IMG/VR virus record: IMGVR_UViG_3300020045_013539 | Span: 1-26,921 of that record | Length of the DNA: 26,921 bases | DNA from: a virus | Taxonomy: Duplodnaviria; Caudoviricetes | Direction: 5' to 3' (one strand) | In this document: piece by piece, positions 1 through 7,907 of the stretch | How the letters are laid out: each line of letters starts with the position of its first letter | How positions within the stretch are numbered: position 1 is the stretch's first letter | The notes under the pieces: model-generated | Databases searched by the model: none | Told to the model about the DNA's origin: nothing | What the model saw: only the letters and a program-made list of their open reading frames with translations | Program-made: the position numbers and the translations under genes

Positions 1-2
1 GA

Positions 3-389
3 ACAAATCCTGCTGAGTCAAACCTTTTCTTTAGAGGTGAAAGCAGCGGAAAAGAGTATCAGCTAACTACGGCAAATCAATCTAATCAGGCAAGATTTGG
101 AAAAGATTCCGCTACAATACCCAATGGCTGGACGTTTCTTCCTGGGGGGCTAATTTTGCAATGGGGTGTAGTTTCAAGCCCTGGAAGCTCAGGAACTGTA
201 ACATTTGCAACAGCAAATATGATTTTTCCAACTGCGTGCATTAATGTAATGCTAACTCCACGAAATACAGATACGAGCCACTCTGCATTTAAGTATTAGG
301 TAGTTAATCCTCTCCTCACAACATCATTTCAGTATATGGGGTCAACATCCGGAAGTCCTGAACTCTATTGGATGGCCCTGGGGTATTAA
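3..389 (+). pseudogene. 5'-truncated tail-fibre-type protein (gp53-like C-terminal domain) interrupted by an in-frame TAG at 297-299
   Basis: Manual translation from nt 3: ...NGWTFLPGGLILQWG...FPTAC...SAFKY*VVNP...ELYWMALGY*. The motifs on both sides of the TAG belong to one domain, and the final TAA (387-389) overlaps the next ATG. Confidence 0.7.
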
Positions 390-3025
390 TGTCACTACAA
401 TCCATCACAATATCAGGGTTCAACTCAGGAGCAGCGAAAAACAAAAAACCTTTTCTCATTCCCGACGATGCGTTTGTTGAGCTAGAAAACGCCTTCGTTT
501 ATAGAGAAGAGCTTCGAAAGCGCGAAGGGTTGCAGCTAATAGGACGTTATAGACGCGTTTTAACATCCCAAGCGCAAGCGAATACCGATGGGACATCAGA
601 TTATACAATCGCTGATATATTATCGTCTGTAAGAGCAACAGAACCGGATTCAGAGTTAGAGCCTTCGAGTGTTGTAATGACTATTGATCCAGGTGGAGGA
701 AATGAGACAAAGTTTACTGACCAGGGCGACGGTACATTTTTAAGAACAAGCGGGACAGCATATCAGATCACAACAGGAACATACGTTAATTATGTTACTG
801 GAGAAGTGAATTTAGAGTGGCTAGGTGGCAGCACTCCAGCAGGTGGAATTACTGTAACGGCGAGCTACAACTATTTTCCTGAGCTTCCGGCAATGGGAAT
901 TATAGTTAGGGAAACGGATGCGATCAACGTAGAACAGACCCTTTGGTTTGATACAAAATATTGTTATTTACACGATGGAGCGAATTTTCAGGAATATTTA
1001 CCATCGCAGCTGGCTACGTGGGGCGGAACAGATGCTGATTTTTTTTGGGGAACTAATTATCGCGGATCCGACTCTGCGACCAGGTTATTTTTCGTTACTA
1101 ACGGAGTTAATGCGGCCTCTTCTCCAATGCGCTATACGAACGGTTCGACCTGGACAACGTTTAGGCCAATTATCGGAGGAGAATCGGAAACGGAAGTTTT
1201 AACGACGACGCTTGCGTTTGGTTCTGCTGCGTATGCAGGAGCGATTAGCGGATTGCCGATCGTTCAAGGGTCGGTTGTTATCACGGTGACGGATAATAAC
1301 GGAGAAGAACAAGATGTTATTTTCAGAGATACGCCGAAAGATGGCACACTCGTATCAAGTGGGTTAAATAGCGGAACGATAACATACTCTACAGGTGCAA
1401 TCACACTAGCGTTTAATCCTGTATTGCCTGGGGACGGAAACTGGACTGTTACTGTTGAATACAAGCAAGGGGGAACGTTTTTATTTTCCGCACGAATATT
1501 AATTCCGTACTACGGCAGACTCATTGCTCTAAATACGTATGAAGGGCAAACACAGGGTGCAGCAGCTAACATTTACAATAGAGCGCGGTTTTGTCAAATC
1601 GGTAGTCCTGTTGAACAAGATGCGTGGCGTTCTGATACCTTTGGGAAGGGTGGTTTTGTAGATGCGCCAACAAATGAACAGATCATAAGTGCCACATTCT
1701 ATAAAAACACTCTGATAGTATATTTTGAGCGATCTACATGGAGACTACAGTATCTAGGTGAATACGGAATGCCGTTTATTTGGGAAAGAATATCCAGCGA
1801 TTTTGGGTCAGAGTCTACATTCTCTCCGGTGCTATTTGATAGTGGAGTATTAGCCGTAGGAGATAAAGCCATTGTCGGAAGCAGTGGAAACGATGTGCAG
1901 AGAGTTGATTTAGATATTCCTGATGTCGTTTATGATTTTAAAAACGCAGATAATGGAGTGAAGCGCGTTCACGGAATCAGAGATTTTAGATATGAACTCG
2001 TCTATTGGTGTTATCCTGACTACCCAATATTGCAATCTGGGCAATATTTTCCGAATAAATCCGTTGTTTACAACTACAGAAATAATACATACGCGTTTTT
2101 CAGAAACAATGTGACATGTTTTGGAAATTTTCAATATCCTGCAAATATCACGTGGGATAGATTAGACGTCTACTGGGATGACTATAATGTGTTTTGGGAT
2201 AGTGGAATCCAGGAAAATTATCCTTGCATCGTATGTGCTAATCAGCAGGGATTCGCTCATTTCTACGGATATCCGGACGCAGAAACTAGCGTAGACAGCA
2301 CTATCGATGCAAATGACCAAGAAAGCCTTTCGATTAAAAGCGTAACGATTACGGATATCGTTATACTAGAGATACCAAACCACAATCTATTAGAAGGGGA
2401 TATCATTTACATTGCTGGATTAATCTATTTAAATCTATCTGGATCAATACCCGCAAACATATCTCTAAACGATGGTATTTTTTACGTAAAATACGTCAGC
2501 GTTGATGAAATCTCATTGATGCAGTATAACTCGACAACTGGACAATATGCCGATGATTTTGATGTTGAGATCACAAACGCCAGCACAGACGCTCCGATAG
2601 ATGCGACATACATCGGAGGGGGCGTAGTTGCTTTATTTCCAAACATCAATATTCAAACAAAAGACTTCAATCCAGCAAAACAAGTTGGGCAAAATATCAT
2701 TGTGTCATATATCGACTTTCTATTCGATGCTACGATAAGCTCAGCGATCAGTGTTGATATGCGTATGAATACAAATTCAAATAATAAAGCGAATCTTCTT
2801 GTTGGTAATAAGAGTATTGAATCATACCCTGGAAACTATTTCTCTTTAAACGCTTCATACACATGGCACAGATTCATATCTACAGCATACGGACAATATC
2901 TTTCTTTAGTAATACAGTATAATGCGGAGCAAATGAATCAGATCAGCACGCATCGACAAAACTTTGTGTTAAACGCAATGCAGATCTACTACAGAGCAGC
3001 AGGAAAAAATATTTTTGGTAAATAA
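389..3025 (+). CDS. Large virion/tail protein (tail tubular protein B / P22 gp10-like DNA stabilisation protein)
   Basis: About 880 aa, beta-rich, with an N-terminal 'LENAFVYREELRKREG' motif, lying upstream of ejection-like genes. Start moved to ATG 389 because of the TAATG overlap with the upstream stop. Confidence 0.7.
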   Translation: MSLQSITISGFNSGAAKNKKPFLIPDDAFVELENAFVYREELRKREGLQLIGRYRRVLTSQAQANTDGTSDYTIADILSSVRATEPDSELEPSSVVMTIDPGGGNETKFTDQGDGTFLRTSGTAYQITTGTYVNYVTGEVNLEWLGGSTPAGGITVTASYNYFPELPAMGIIVRETDAINVEQTLWFDTKYCYLHDGANFQEYLPSQLATWGGTDADFFWGTNYRGSDSATRLFFVTNGVNAASSPMRYTNGSTWTTFRPIIGGESETEVLTTTLAFGSAAYAGAISGLPIVQGSVVITVTDNNGEEQDVIFRDTPKDGTLVSSGLNSGTITYSTGAITLAFNPVLPGDGNWTVTVEYKQGGTFLFSARILIPYYGRLIALNTYEGQTQGAAANIYNRARFCQIGSPVEQDAWRSDTFGKGGFVDAPTNEQIISATFYKNTLIVYFERSTWRLQYLGEYGMPFIWERISSDFGSESTFSPVLFDSGVLAVGDKAIVGSSGNDVQRVDLDIPDVVYDFKNADNGVKRVHGIRDFRYELVYWCYPDYPILQSGQYFPNKSVVYNYRNNTYAFFRNNVTCFGNFQYPANITWDRLDVYWDDYNVFWDSGIQENYPCIVCANQQGFAHFYGYPDAETSVDSTIDANDQESLSIKSVTITDIVILEIPNHNLLEGDIIYIAGLIYLNLSGSIPANISLNDGIFYVKYVSVDEISLMQYNSTTGQYADDFDVEITNASTDAPIDATYIGGGVVALFPNINIQTKDFNPAKQVGQNIIVSYIDFLFDATISSAISVDMRMNTNSNNKANLLVGNKSIESYPGNYFSLNASYTWHRFISTAYGQYLSLVIQYNAEQMNQISTHRQNFVLNAMQIYYRAAGKNIFGK

Positions 3026-3504
3026 TGTCATATTCAAGCGATAATCCAGCACTACAGAATCAATTGCCGCTGAGCATTGAGCTACCGACAGATCAGGCGC
3101 AATTCCGCAATAGAATGAATGATCTATACCAAAAAATAGCCTCCAGCGTTAACAGTAAAGAGGGCGGCCTATACGTTCCGGAGGAAAAAGTTACTGGGCA
3201 GCAATATTTTGATTCTACAAATCCTCAGAAAAACAAAAACGTTTATCGAATGGTGGTCGATTTTGGAGCACTTCCAAATTCCACAAGCAAAAGCGTTTCG
3301 CATAATATTCAAGGTTTGAATGGGGAAACCAGGCTAACGAGAGCGCACGGTGCATCAACAGACATAGATTCAATAGAATTCTTACCAATACCAAATGACG
3401 GTATACTATTAGAAATTAATTCACAAAATGTTATAGTAACGACAACAAGCGATCTCACGGCGTTCACTGAAACTACCGTCACGATCGAGTACACGCGAGG
3501 TTAA
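3025..3504 (+). CDS. Putative virion structural protein
   Basis: 159 aa, TAATG-coupled to the upstream gene, beta-rich C-terminus ending 'TVTIEYTRG'. Confidence 0.6.
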   Translation: MSYSSDNPALQNQLPLSIELPTDQAQFRNRMNDLYQKIASSVNSKEGGLYVPEEKVTGQQYFDSTNPQKNKNVYRMVVDFGALPNSTSKSVSHNIQGLNGETRLTRAHGASTDIDSIEFLPIPNDGILLEINSQNVIVTTTSDLTAFTETTVTIEYTRG

Positions 3505-3506
3505 AA

Positions 3507-4061
3507 ATGTCTTGGGCACCATTTGCAATAGCAGCAGGATCATCACTCCTAGAGAAATTTATGGGTGGGGATAAAATGAAAAAAGTACCCACTTACACGA
3601 AAGAACAAAACGCTCTATTAAAACAAATTCTAGGAATGTTAAATCCAGGTGGTCAGCTTGGGCAAGGATATGGACAATCACTAGATTATCAAAAACAATT
3701 GATGGATCCTTCTAGTGAAGCTGTTAATCAATTTGCGCAGCCATACATGCAAGAGTTTGAGCAGCAGACAGTACCTGGACTTGCTGAGAGATTTGCTGGA
3801 ATGGGAGCAATGGGAGGGGGGCTAAGCTCGAGTGGATTTGGACAGTCACTAAGCTCAGCCGGAGGAAATCTACAGTCTCAATTGGCTGCGCTAAAAGCAG
3901 GGCTTGGACAACAAGCGGCTCAATCGCTAATGGGGCAATATGGGGGAATGGCCGGAATGGGATTGGGTGCTCAGCCGTTCGGATACCAGCAACAAGGGCC
4001 ATCGATGCTAGGCGGATTAATAGGTGCGTGGGGAAAAGCTGGTTTTCCTGGAATTAAATAG
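3507..4061 (+). CDS. Putative DNA ejection/pilot protein (Gly/Gln/Ala-rich)
   Basis: Low-complexity G/Q/A/M composition with an 'LSSSGFGQSL' segment, at the position of internal virion proteins in podoviruses. Confidence 0.6.
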   Translation: MSWAPFAIAAGSSLLEKFMGGDKMKKVPTYTKEQNALLKQILGMLNPGGQLGQGYGQSLDYQKQLMDPSSEAVNQFAQPYMQEFEQQTVPGLAERFAGMGAMGGGLSSSGFGQSLSSAGGNLQSQLAALKAGLGQQAAQSLMGQYGGMAGMGLGAQPFGYQQQGPSMLGGLIGAWGKAGFPGIK

Positions 4062-4075
4062 TAAGCGAGGATTGT

Positions 4076-5350
4076 ATGGTACAGGTATTCACTCCGTCTC
4101 CTAGAGCAATGCAAATGGGGCAAATTGGAGAGTCTATAGGCCAAGGAATGGCAAAAAGACTAGGACTTATGGAAGCTGAACAGGGATTGCAACAGGCTCA
4201 AGGAAATCCATTCAAATTAGCTACAGCAATGGCAAGATTGATTAGTACTAGTCCTGAGCTTGAAAGGGCTGCAGCACCAATGTATAATGCTATGATGAAT
4301 CTTAATAAAGCACAAGCAGCAGCACAACAATATGGAAAAATAGGCAGCGAAAATCAATTTTCACCAGGAACTCAACAAGAAATTGAAAGATATACGAAGC
4401 AAGACCAAGGAAAACAACAAGTAACACCTGATCTAACAACAAGAGAATCAGCACAAGAGACTATAAGGCCATATCTTCCTAGAACGAGAGATCAAAACAT
4501 GCAAAGAGCAGTGGAATTATTGCAGAAAAATCCACAACTTTTCGAAAATGATTTAAATAAAGCCTATGAATCAGCTGTGCAAGAGGACGCGACAAATTTA
4601 CAACGAAGTCAGGCAATACAAGCATCCGGACAGTCTCAAAAAACGGCGCAGGAATCAATAAAAACACAATTAAGAGATTTAAATCAAAAGTTTGGAGGAG
4701 GAAAAATAGTTCCTGAAAATATGTATAACAGAATACAAAATGAAGCCTTGGAATCTATGCTACCAAAAAGTGAAGGCGGTGAAGGGCTAACCGAACAAGA
4801 AGCATCGCAAAAGTATATAGGGAAGTTAGATAAAATTGCGCGAGACTACAAAGCGGTTGATGATTTAGGTGATTGGACGATGGCATGGCAGTCTCGTAAT
4901 AGTGTTTTAACAAATATGGAAAATCTTCGTCAGCAATTTGAGAAAAATAACGATCTAGAAAATTATGCTGACTATATGATATCACATAATGATCTATCTC
5001 CAAGATTTGCCTACTCAAGAGCATATCCAATAAATAAAGATATACCTGTATATCAAGAACTAAAAAATCTTAAAAGTATAGATCCGTCTTTGATAGATGC
5101 GCCAAAAACAGAAACAAAAAAGATAATGAAAAAAATTGCTGAAAAATTAAATCCGAATTCTAGTCCTTTATCGATCGCACATTATTTATCAAGAAAAAAC
5201 TATGATCCTCAACCTTTTTTAGAATACTTAGTGCAAAACCAAGATCAATTAAAATTGACAGCTGCGCAGGTTAGGCAGCTTAGTAAGGGGCAGCAGTTAT
5301 TTCCTAAACTAAATGATTTATGGTTAATGTCACAGATAGGAGAAGAATAA
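4076..5350 (+). CDS. Putative internal virion (ejection) protein, helical
   Basis: 424 aa, Q/E/K-rich helical composition, 'GQIGESIGQG' N-terminus, GAGG RBS. Confidence 0.55.
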   Translation: MVQVFTPSPRAMQMGQIGESIGQGMAKRLGLMEAEQGLQQAQGNPFKLATAMARLISTSPELERAAAPMYNAMMNLNKAQAAAQQYGKIGSENQFSPGTQQEIERYTKQDQGKQQVTPDLTTRESAQETIRPYLPRTRDQNMQRAVELLQKNPQLFENDLNKAYESAVQEDATNLQRSQAIQASGQSQKTAQESIKTQLRDLNQKFGGGKIVPENMYNRIQNEALESMLPKSEGGEGLTEQEASQKYIGKLDKIARDYKAVDDLGDWTMAWQSRNSVLTNMENLRQQFEKNNDLENYADYMISHNDLSPRFAYSRAYPINKDIPVYQELKNLKSIDPSLIDAPKTETKKIMKKIAEKLNPNSSPLSIAHYLSRKNYDPQPFLEYLVQNQDQLKLTAAQVRQLSKGQQLFPKLNDLWLMSQIGEE

Positions 5351-5970
5351 TGCAGCCATGGCAAGAAGCAGGAGACGCAATAAAAGAAAGTGCAAGATAT
5401 CCATTTTTACAAATGAAAAAAGCGTCTAATTTACTTTCATACATAGTACCAACAGGGTTAGCAGTACAAGGATTAAGCAAAGTAAACCCTAAAATAAAAA
5501 AATTCTTTAATATGGCTCAAATGTTTGGATTTACAGCTGAAGAAGCAATTGATAGCATTAGAAAAAAAGTAGAAAAATCTGAACAGCCGGAAAACAAAAA
5601 TCTTTTCCAAAGATTAATTGGAAATGTTGATATCACAAAGCTTAGCGATAGCGATCAAAAGCAACTTAGTTTTTTAGAGCAAATTGCAACTCAGCTTGAG
5701 CAAAAAGGGAAGGATGAAAGTGACCCAGCTATAAAAAATCTAAAAAAGAAAATCATGAATATTTTAAAAGGTAAGGCTGGACTCATATTAGAAGAAGCAA
5801 CTCGAGACATAAGTATGGAACAACAGCAAATGCAACCTCAAGAAATAATACAACCACCTATTATGCAGCAACAAATGCCTGAACAAATATCACAACAGCC
5901 TGGACAGGGACAACAAGCACTGATGTCGATTCTGCAAAAAATCAAGGCCATGAGGGGCGACGGTGGATGA
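5350..5970 (+). CDS. Putative internal virion protein with Gln/Pro-rich C-terminus
   Basis: Start moved to ATG 5350 (TAATG overlap). C-terminus 'QQPGQGQQALMSILQKI'. Confidence 0.55.
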   Translation: MQPWQEAGDAIKESARYPFLQMKKASNLLSYIVPTGLAVQGLSKVNPKIKKFFNMAQMFGFTAEEAIDSIRKKVEKSEQPENKNLFQRLIGNVDITKLSDSDQKQLSFLEQIATQLEQKGKDESDPAIKNLKKKIMNILKGKAGLILEEATRDISMEQQQMQPQEIIQPPIMQQQMPEQISQQPGQGQQALMSILQKIKAMRGDGG

Positions 5971-6433
5971 GTTACAAAATCTTGAGCAACTCCTAAATGA
6001 GCTACTGGATGGTATTCAGAGTGTAATCCAATCGGGTGAGATACTAAGCGATGAGTTCCAGGGAGTGCTTGCTGAGGAGTTAAACTATCTCACATCACGC
6101 ATTGACGAAATAAGGACTGCGCAAACACCTACTATCCCTTCGTTAGATAAGTCAATGAAGTCCAGTGTCATTAACGCTTTTAAGTATGACCCAAAAAACG
6201 GAAACTTACTCGTGCAATTTAAGGGAAAGTTCCCGAATGAAGAAGGAAGTATTTATTCATACAGAGGCGTTGATCCTCAAATATTCGAGCTTTTTAAAAA
6301 GGGAGCAATTCCAGCTAAAACAACAGGAAATAATCAGTGGGGAAATTGGTGGACAGGTAAAAATCCTTCTATCGGAAGTTCTATGAATGTATTACTTAAG
6401 GGTTTAGGGATTCCATTTCAAAGGTTGACATGA
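5963..6433 (+). CDS. KTSC-domain protein with acidic N-terminal helix
   Basis: 'SSVINAFKYDPKNGNLLVQFKG...YSYRGVDPQIFELF' fits the KTSC pattern. GTG start after GAGGGG. Confidence 0.75.
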   Translation: MDELQNLEQLLNELLDGIQSVIQSGEILSDEFQGVLAEELNYLTSRIDEIRTAQTPTIPSLDKSMKSSVINAFKYDPKNGNLLVQFKGKFPNEEGSIYSYRGVDPQIFELFKKGAIPAKTTGNNQWGNWWTGKNPSIGSSMNVLLKGLGIPFQRLT

Positions 6434-6532
6434 ATCTACCTTAGGAGAATAATCGACCTAAAAAAGGTTGATTATGCTCGGAGAAAAATATGTAAACACA
6501 TATAATTTTTTATAAAAGATAAGCCTCCCTGC

Positions 6533-6739
6533 TTATCGTCGTTTCTTCTCAATTTCTAAAAGCCTCTCGTGAAAATCTTTCATTTCCATCTGAACAGCTT
6601 CTTTAAATTCTTTATGCTCTGCATACATTAACTTCCAGTCTTCACGAGACATTTTCCAATCTTCACGCGCTTCTCTTCTAAACCACCAAATAACACCAAA
6701 ATTACTCAGAATCACTGTTAGCAACTGAAAATTATCCAT
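6533..6739 (-). CDS. Small membrane-anchored coiled-coil protein
   Basis: Hydrophobic N-terminus followed by a charged helix ending 'EMKDFHERLLEIEK'. Confidence 0.7.
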   Translation of the reverse strand: MDNFQLLTVILSNFGVIWWFRREAREDWKMSREDWKLMYAEHKEFKEAVQMEMKDFHERLLEIEKKRR

Positions 6740-6765
6740 TCTATCCGCCTACTATTTATAATAAA

Positions 6766-6787
6766 GTCCAGGGCCTATACCCTGGAC
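6766..6787 (-). terminator. Putative intrinsic terminator
   Basis: 8-bp stem GTCCAGGG-N6-CCCTGGAC followed on the minus strand by TTTATT, downstream of 6849..7250. Confidence 0.5.
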
Positions 6788-6848
6788 ACTTATGCGATAT
6801 GTTCAAACGAAAACGAAAAGGAGAAATCAACATATCGCCAAGCTATTT

Positions 6849-7250
6849 TTATTTATCTGAGAAAAATGCGCATGATCCACAAAATTTATCGGTTGATAAA
6901 TGACAAAATACTTTCATTCCATTCTCAAATGACAATACGTATTGATCGATATCGATTTGATACGTATTTTCAGCAATACTACGCATAATTTTATCATCAC
7001 TTATGTAAATAAATGCCGATGGAAAATCTTTTCTATCTCTTTTGCAAAAAACGACATATCCGATTTTATGGAAATTTCCAGCAAACATAAAAATATTTTT
7101 ACTTTTTCGACATTCTAAATCTAAAATGTTTTTTGAATCAGCTTTGCTATCTATAGTTACCTCATGATCAAATACCATGAATTTCTCTATTTGAGCAGCT
7201 GACGCACTTGCAGAACACATTAATGCTAGTGCCATTACTAACTTTTTCAT
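6849..7250 (-). CDS. Exported protein with Sec-type signal peptide
   Basis: MKKLVMALALMCSASASA-AQ has a basic n-region, hydrophobic core and AxA cleavage motif. AAGGA RBS, ATGA overlap with the upstream gene. Confidence 0.75.
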   Translation of the reverse strand: MKKLVMALALMCSASASAAQIEKFMVFDHEVTIDSKADSKNILDLECRKSKNIFMFAGNFHKIGYVVFCKRDRKDFPSAFIYISDDKIMRSIAENTYQIDIDQYVLSFENGMKVFCHLSTDKFCGSCAFFSDK

Positions 7251-7447
7251 AAAATTTCCTTATTTTTGCATATATTACGCTCTATGATCTCTAGTCGTTC
7301 TGAAAGATCATCTATCATTCGCTTTTGTCTATTATTTTCAGCAAAAAGCTTTTTTCTTACTCTCTCAGCAGTTTCCTTCGTTACCCTCATTTCATTTTCA
7401 AGCCTTGATATCTCAGGGCTTTTAAAAAAATCAAGTTGGTAACTCAA
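7247..7447 (-). CDS. Small coiled-coil hypothetical protein
   Basis: TTG start preceded by GGAGG. 'QLDFF' N-terminus and heptad-like helix. Confidence 0.7.
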   Translation of the reverse strand: MSYQLDFFKSPEISRLENEMRVTKETAERVRKKLFAENNRQKRMIDDLSERLEIIERNICKNKEIL

Positions 7448-7583
7448 TGAATATATCCTCCGGTTTTATTAGATTTTCATCTTCATCATCTTCATCATCA
7501 AAATAATCATCTACAAATGACTCAAGCTCTTCAAATTCCTCTTGAAATATTTCTTTTAGTATTTCTACGTTCCGATCATTCAT
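7431..7583 (-). CDS. 50-aa highly acidic protein (not in ORF track)
   Basis: MNDRNVEILKEIFQEEFEELESFVDDYFDDEDDEDENLIKPEDIFIELPT. GGAG RBS, overlaps both neighbouring genes and exactly fills the gap in the operon. Confidence 0.7.
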   Translation of the reverse strand: MNDRNVEILKEIFQEEFEELESFVDDYFDDEDDEDENLIKPEDIFIELPT

Positions 7584-7785
7584 TTTCTACTCCATTTTGA
7601 TATTTCTGATATTGTTCCGCTGAAAATCGATCAAGCTCTCCGGATAGTATCCTGTAGCTTTTTCTTTTTGTTCCTGAAATTTGCAACGCCTTTATCCTCC
7701 CCTCCAAAATCATTTTAATCACGGATCTCGGGGTGATCTTCAAAAGCTTCGCTACTTCACTTGGTTTCAAATATTCATCATTCAT
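7576..7785 (-). CDS. Excisionase-like (HTH_17/MerR-type) helix-turn-helix protein
   Basis: 'YLKPSEVAKLLKITPRSVIKMILEGRIKA...YRI' is the typical excisionase-family HTH pattern. Confidence 0.85.
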   Translation of the reverse strand: MNDEYLKPSEVAKLLKITPRSVIKMILEGRIKALQISGTKRKSYRILSGELDRFSAEQYQKYQNGVENE

Positions 7786-7792
7786 GGTTCCT

Positions 7793-7822
7793 AATATATC
7801 ACAGCGTTCGTAATAAAGTCAA
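7793..7822 (-). promoter_or_regulatory. Sigma70-type promoter of the HTH operon
   Basis: Minus strand TTGACT-18 nt-TG-A-TATATT. The predicted start site is within a few nt of ATG 7785. Confidence 0.55.
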
Positions 7823-7846
7823 TAAAAATAATAGAAAAAGAAAAAT

Positions 7847-7875
7847 TTGACATAATCTAAAAAAATAGTTAGAGT
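7847..7875 (+). promoter_or_regulatory. Sigma70-type promoter of the tail-fibre cluster
   Basis: TTGACA-17 nt-TAGAGT upstream of AAGGA RBS and ATG 7908, divergent from the HTH promoter. Confidence 0.6.
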
Positions 7876-7907
7876 AAGGTCAAAATAAAAGTTACAAGGA
7901 TAACATC

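Noticed and set aside
297-299. Genome-wide TAG recoding (genetic code 15)
   Set aside because: TAG ends several well-bounded genes, and the other long ORFs are intact under the standard code.
456-5030. Short nested ORFs within the virion genes (456..638, 948..1202, 1264..1464, 1910..2134, 3309..3494, 3724..4002, 4479..4667, 4755..5030)
   Set aside because: Fully overlapped by better-supported genes and lacking recognisable motifs.
6425-6520. TTGACA-17-AATAAT promoter and a possible type I toxin-antitoxin antisense RNA against 6533..6739
   Set aside because: No clear terminator or defined overlap, and the 68-aa protein does not resemble a known type I toxin. Evidence is too weak.
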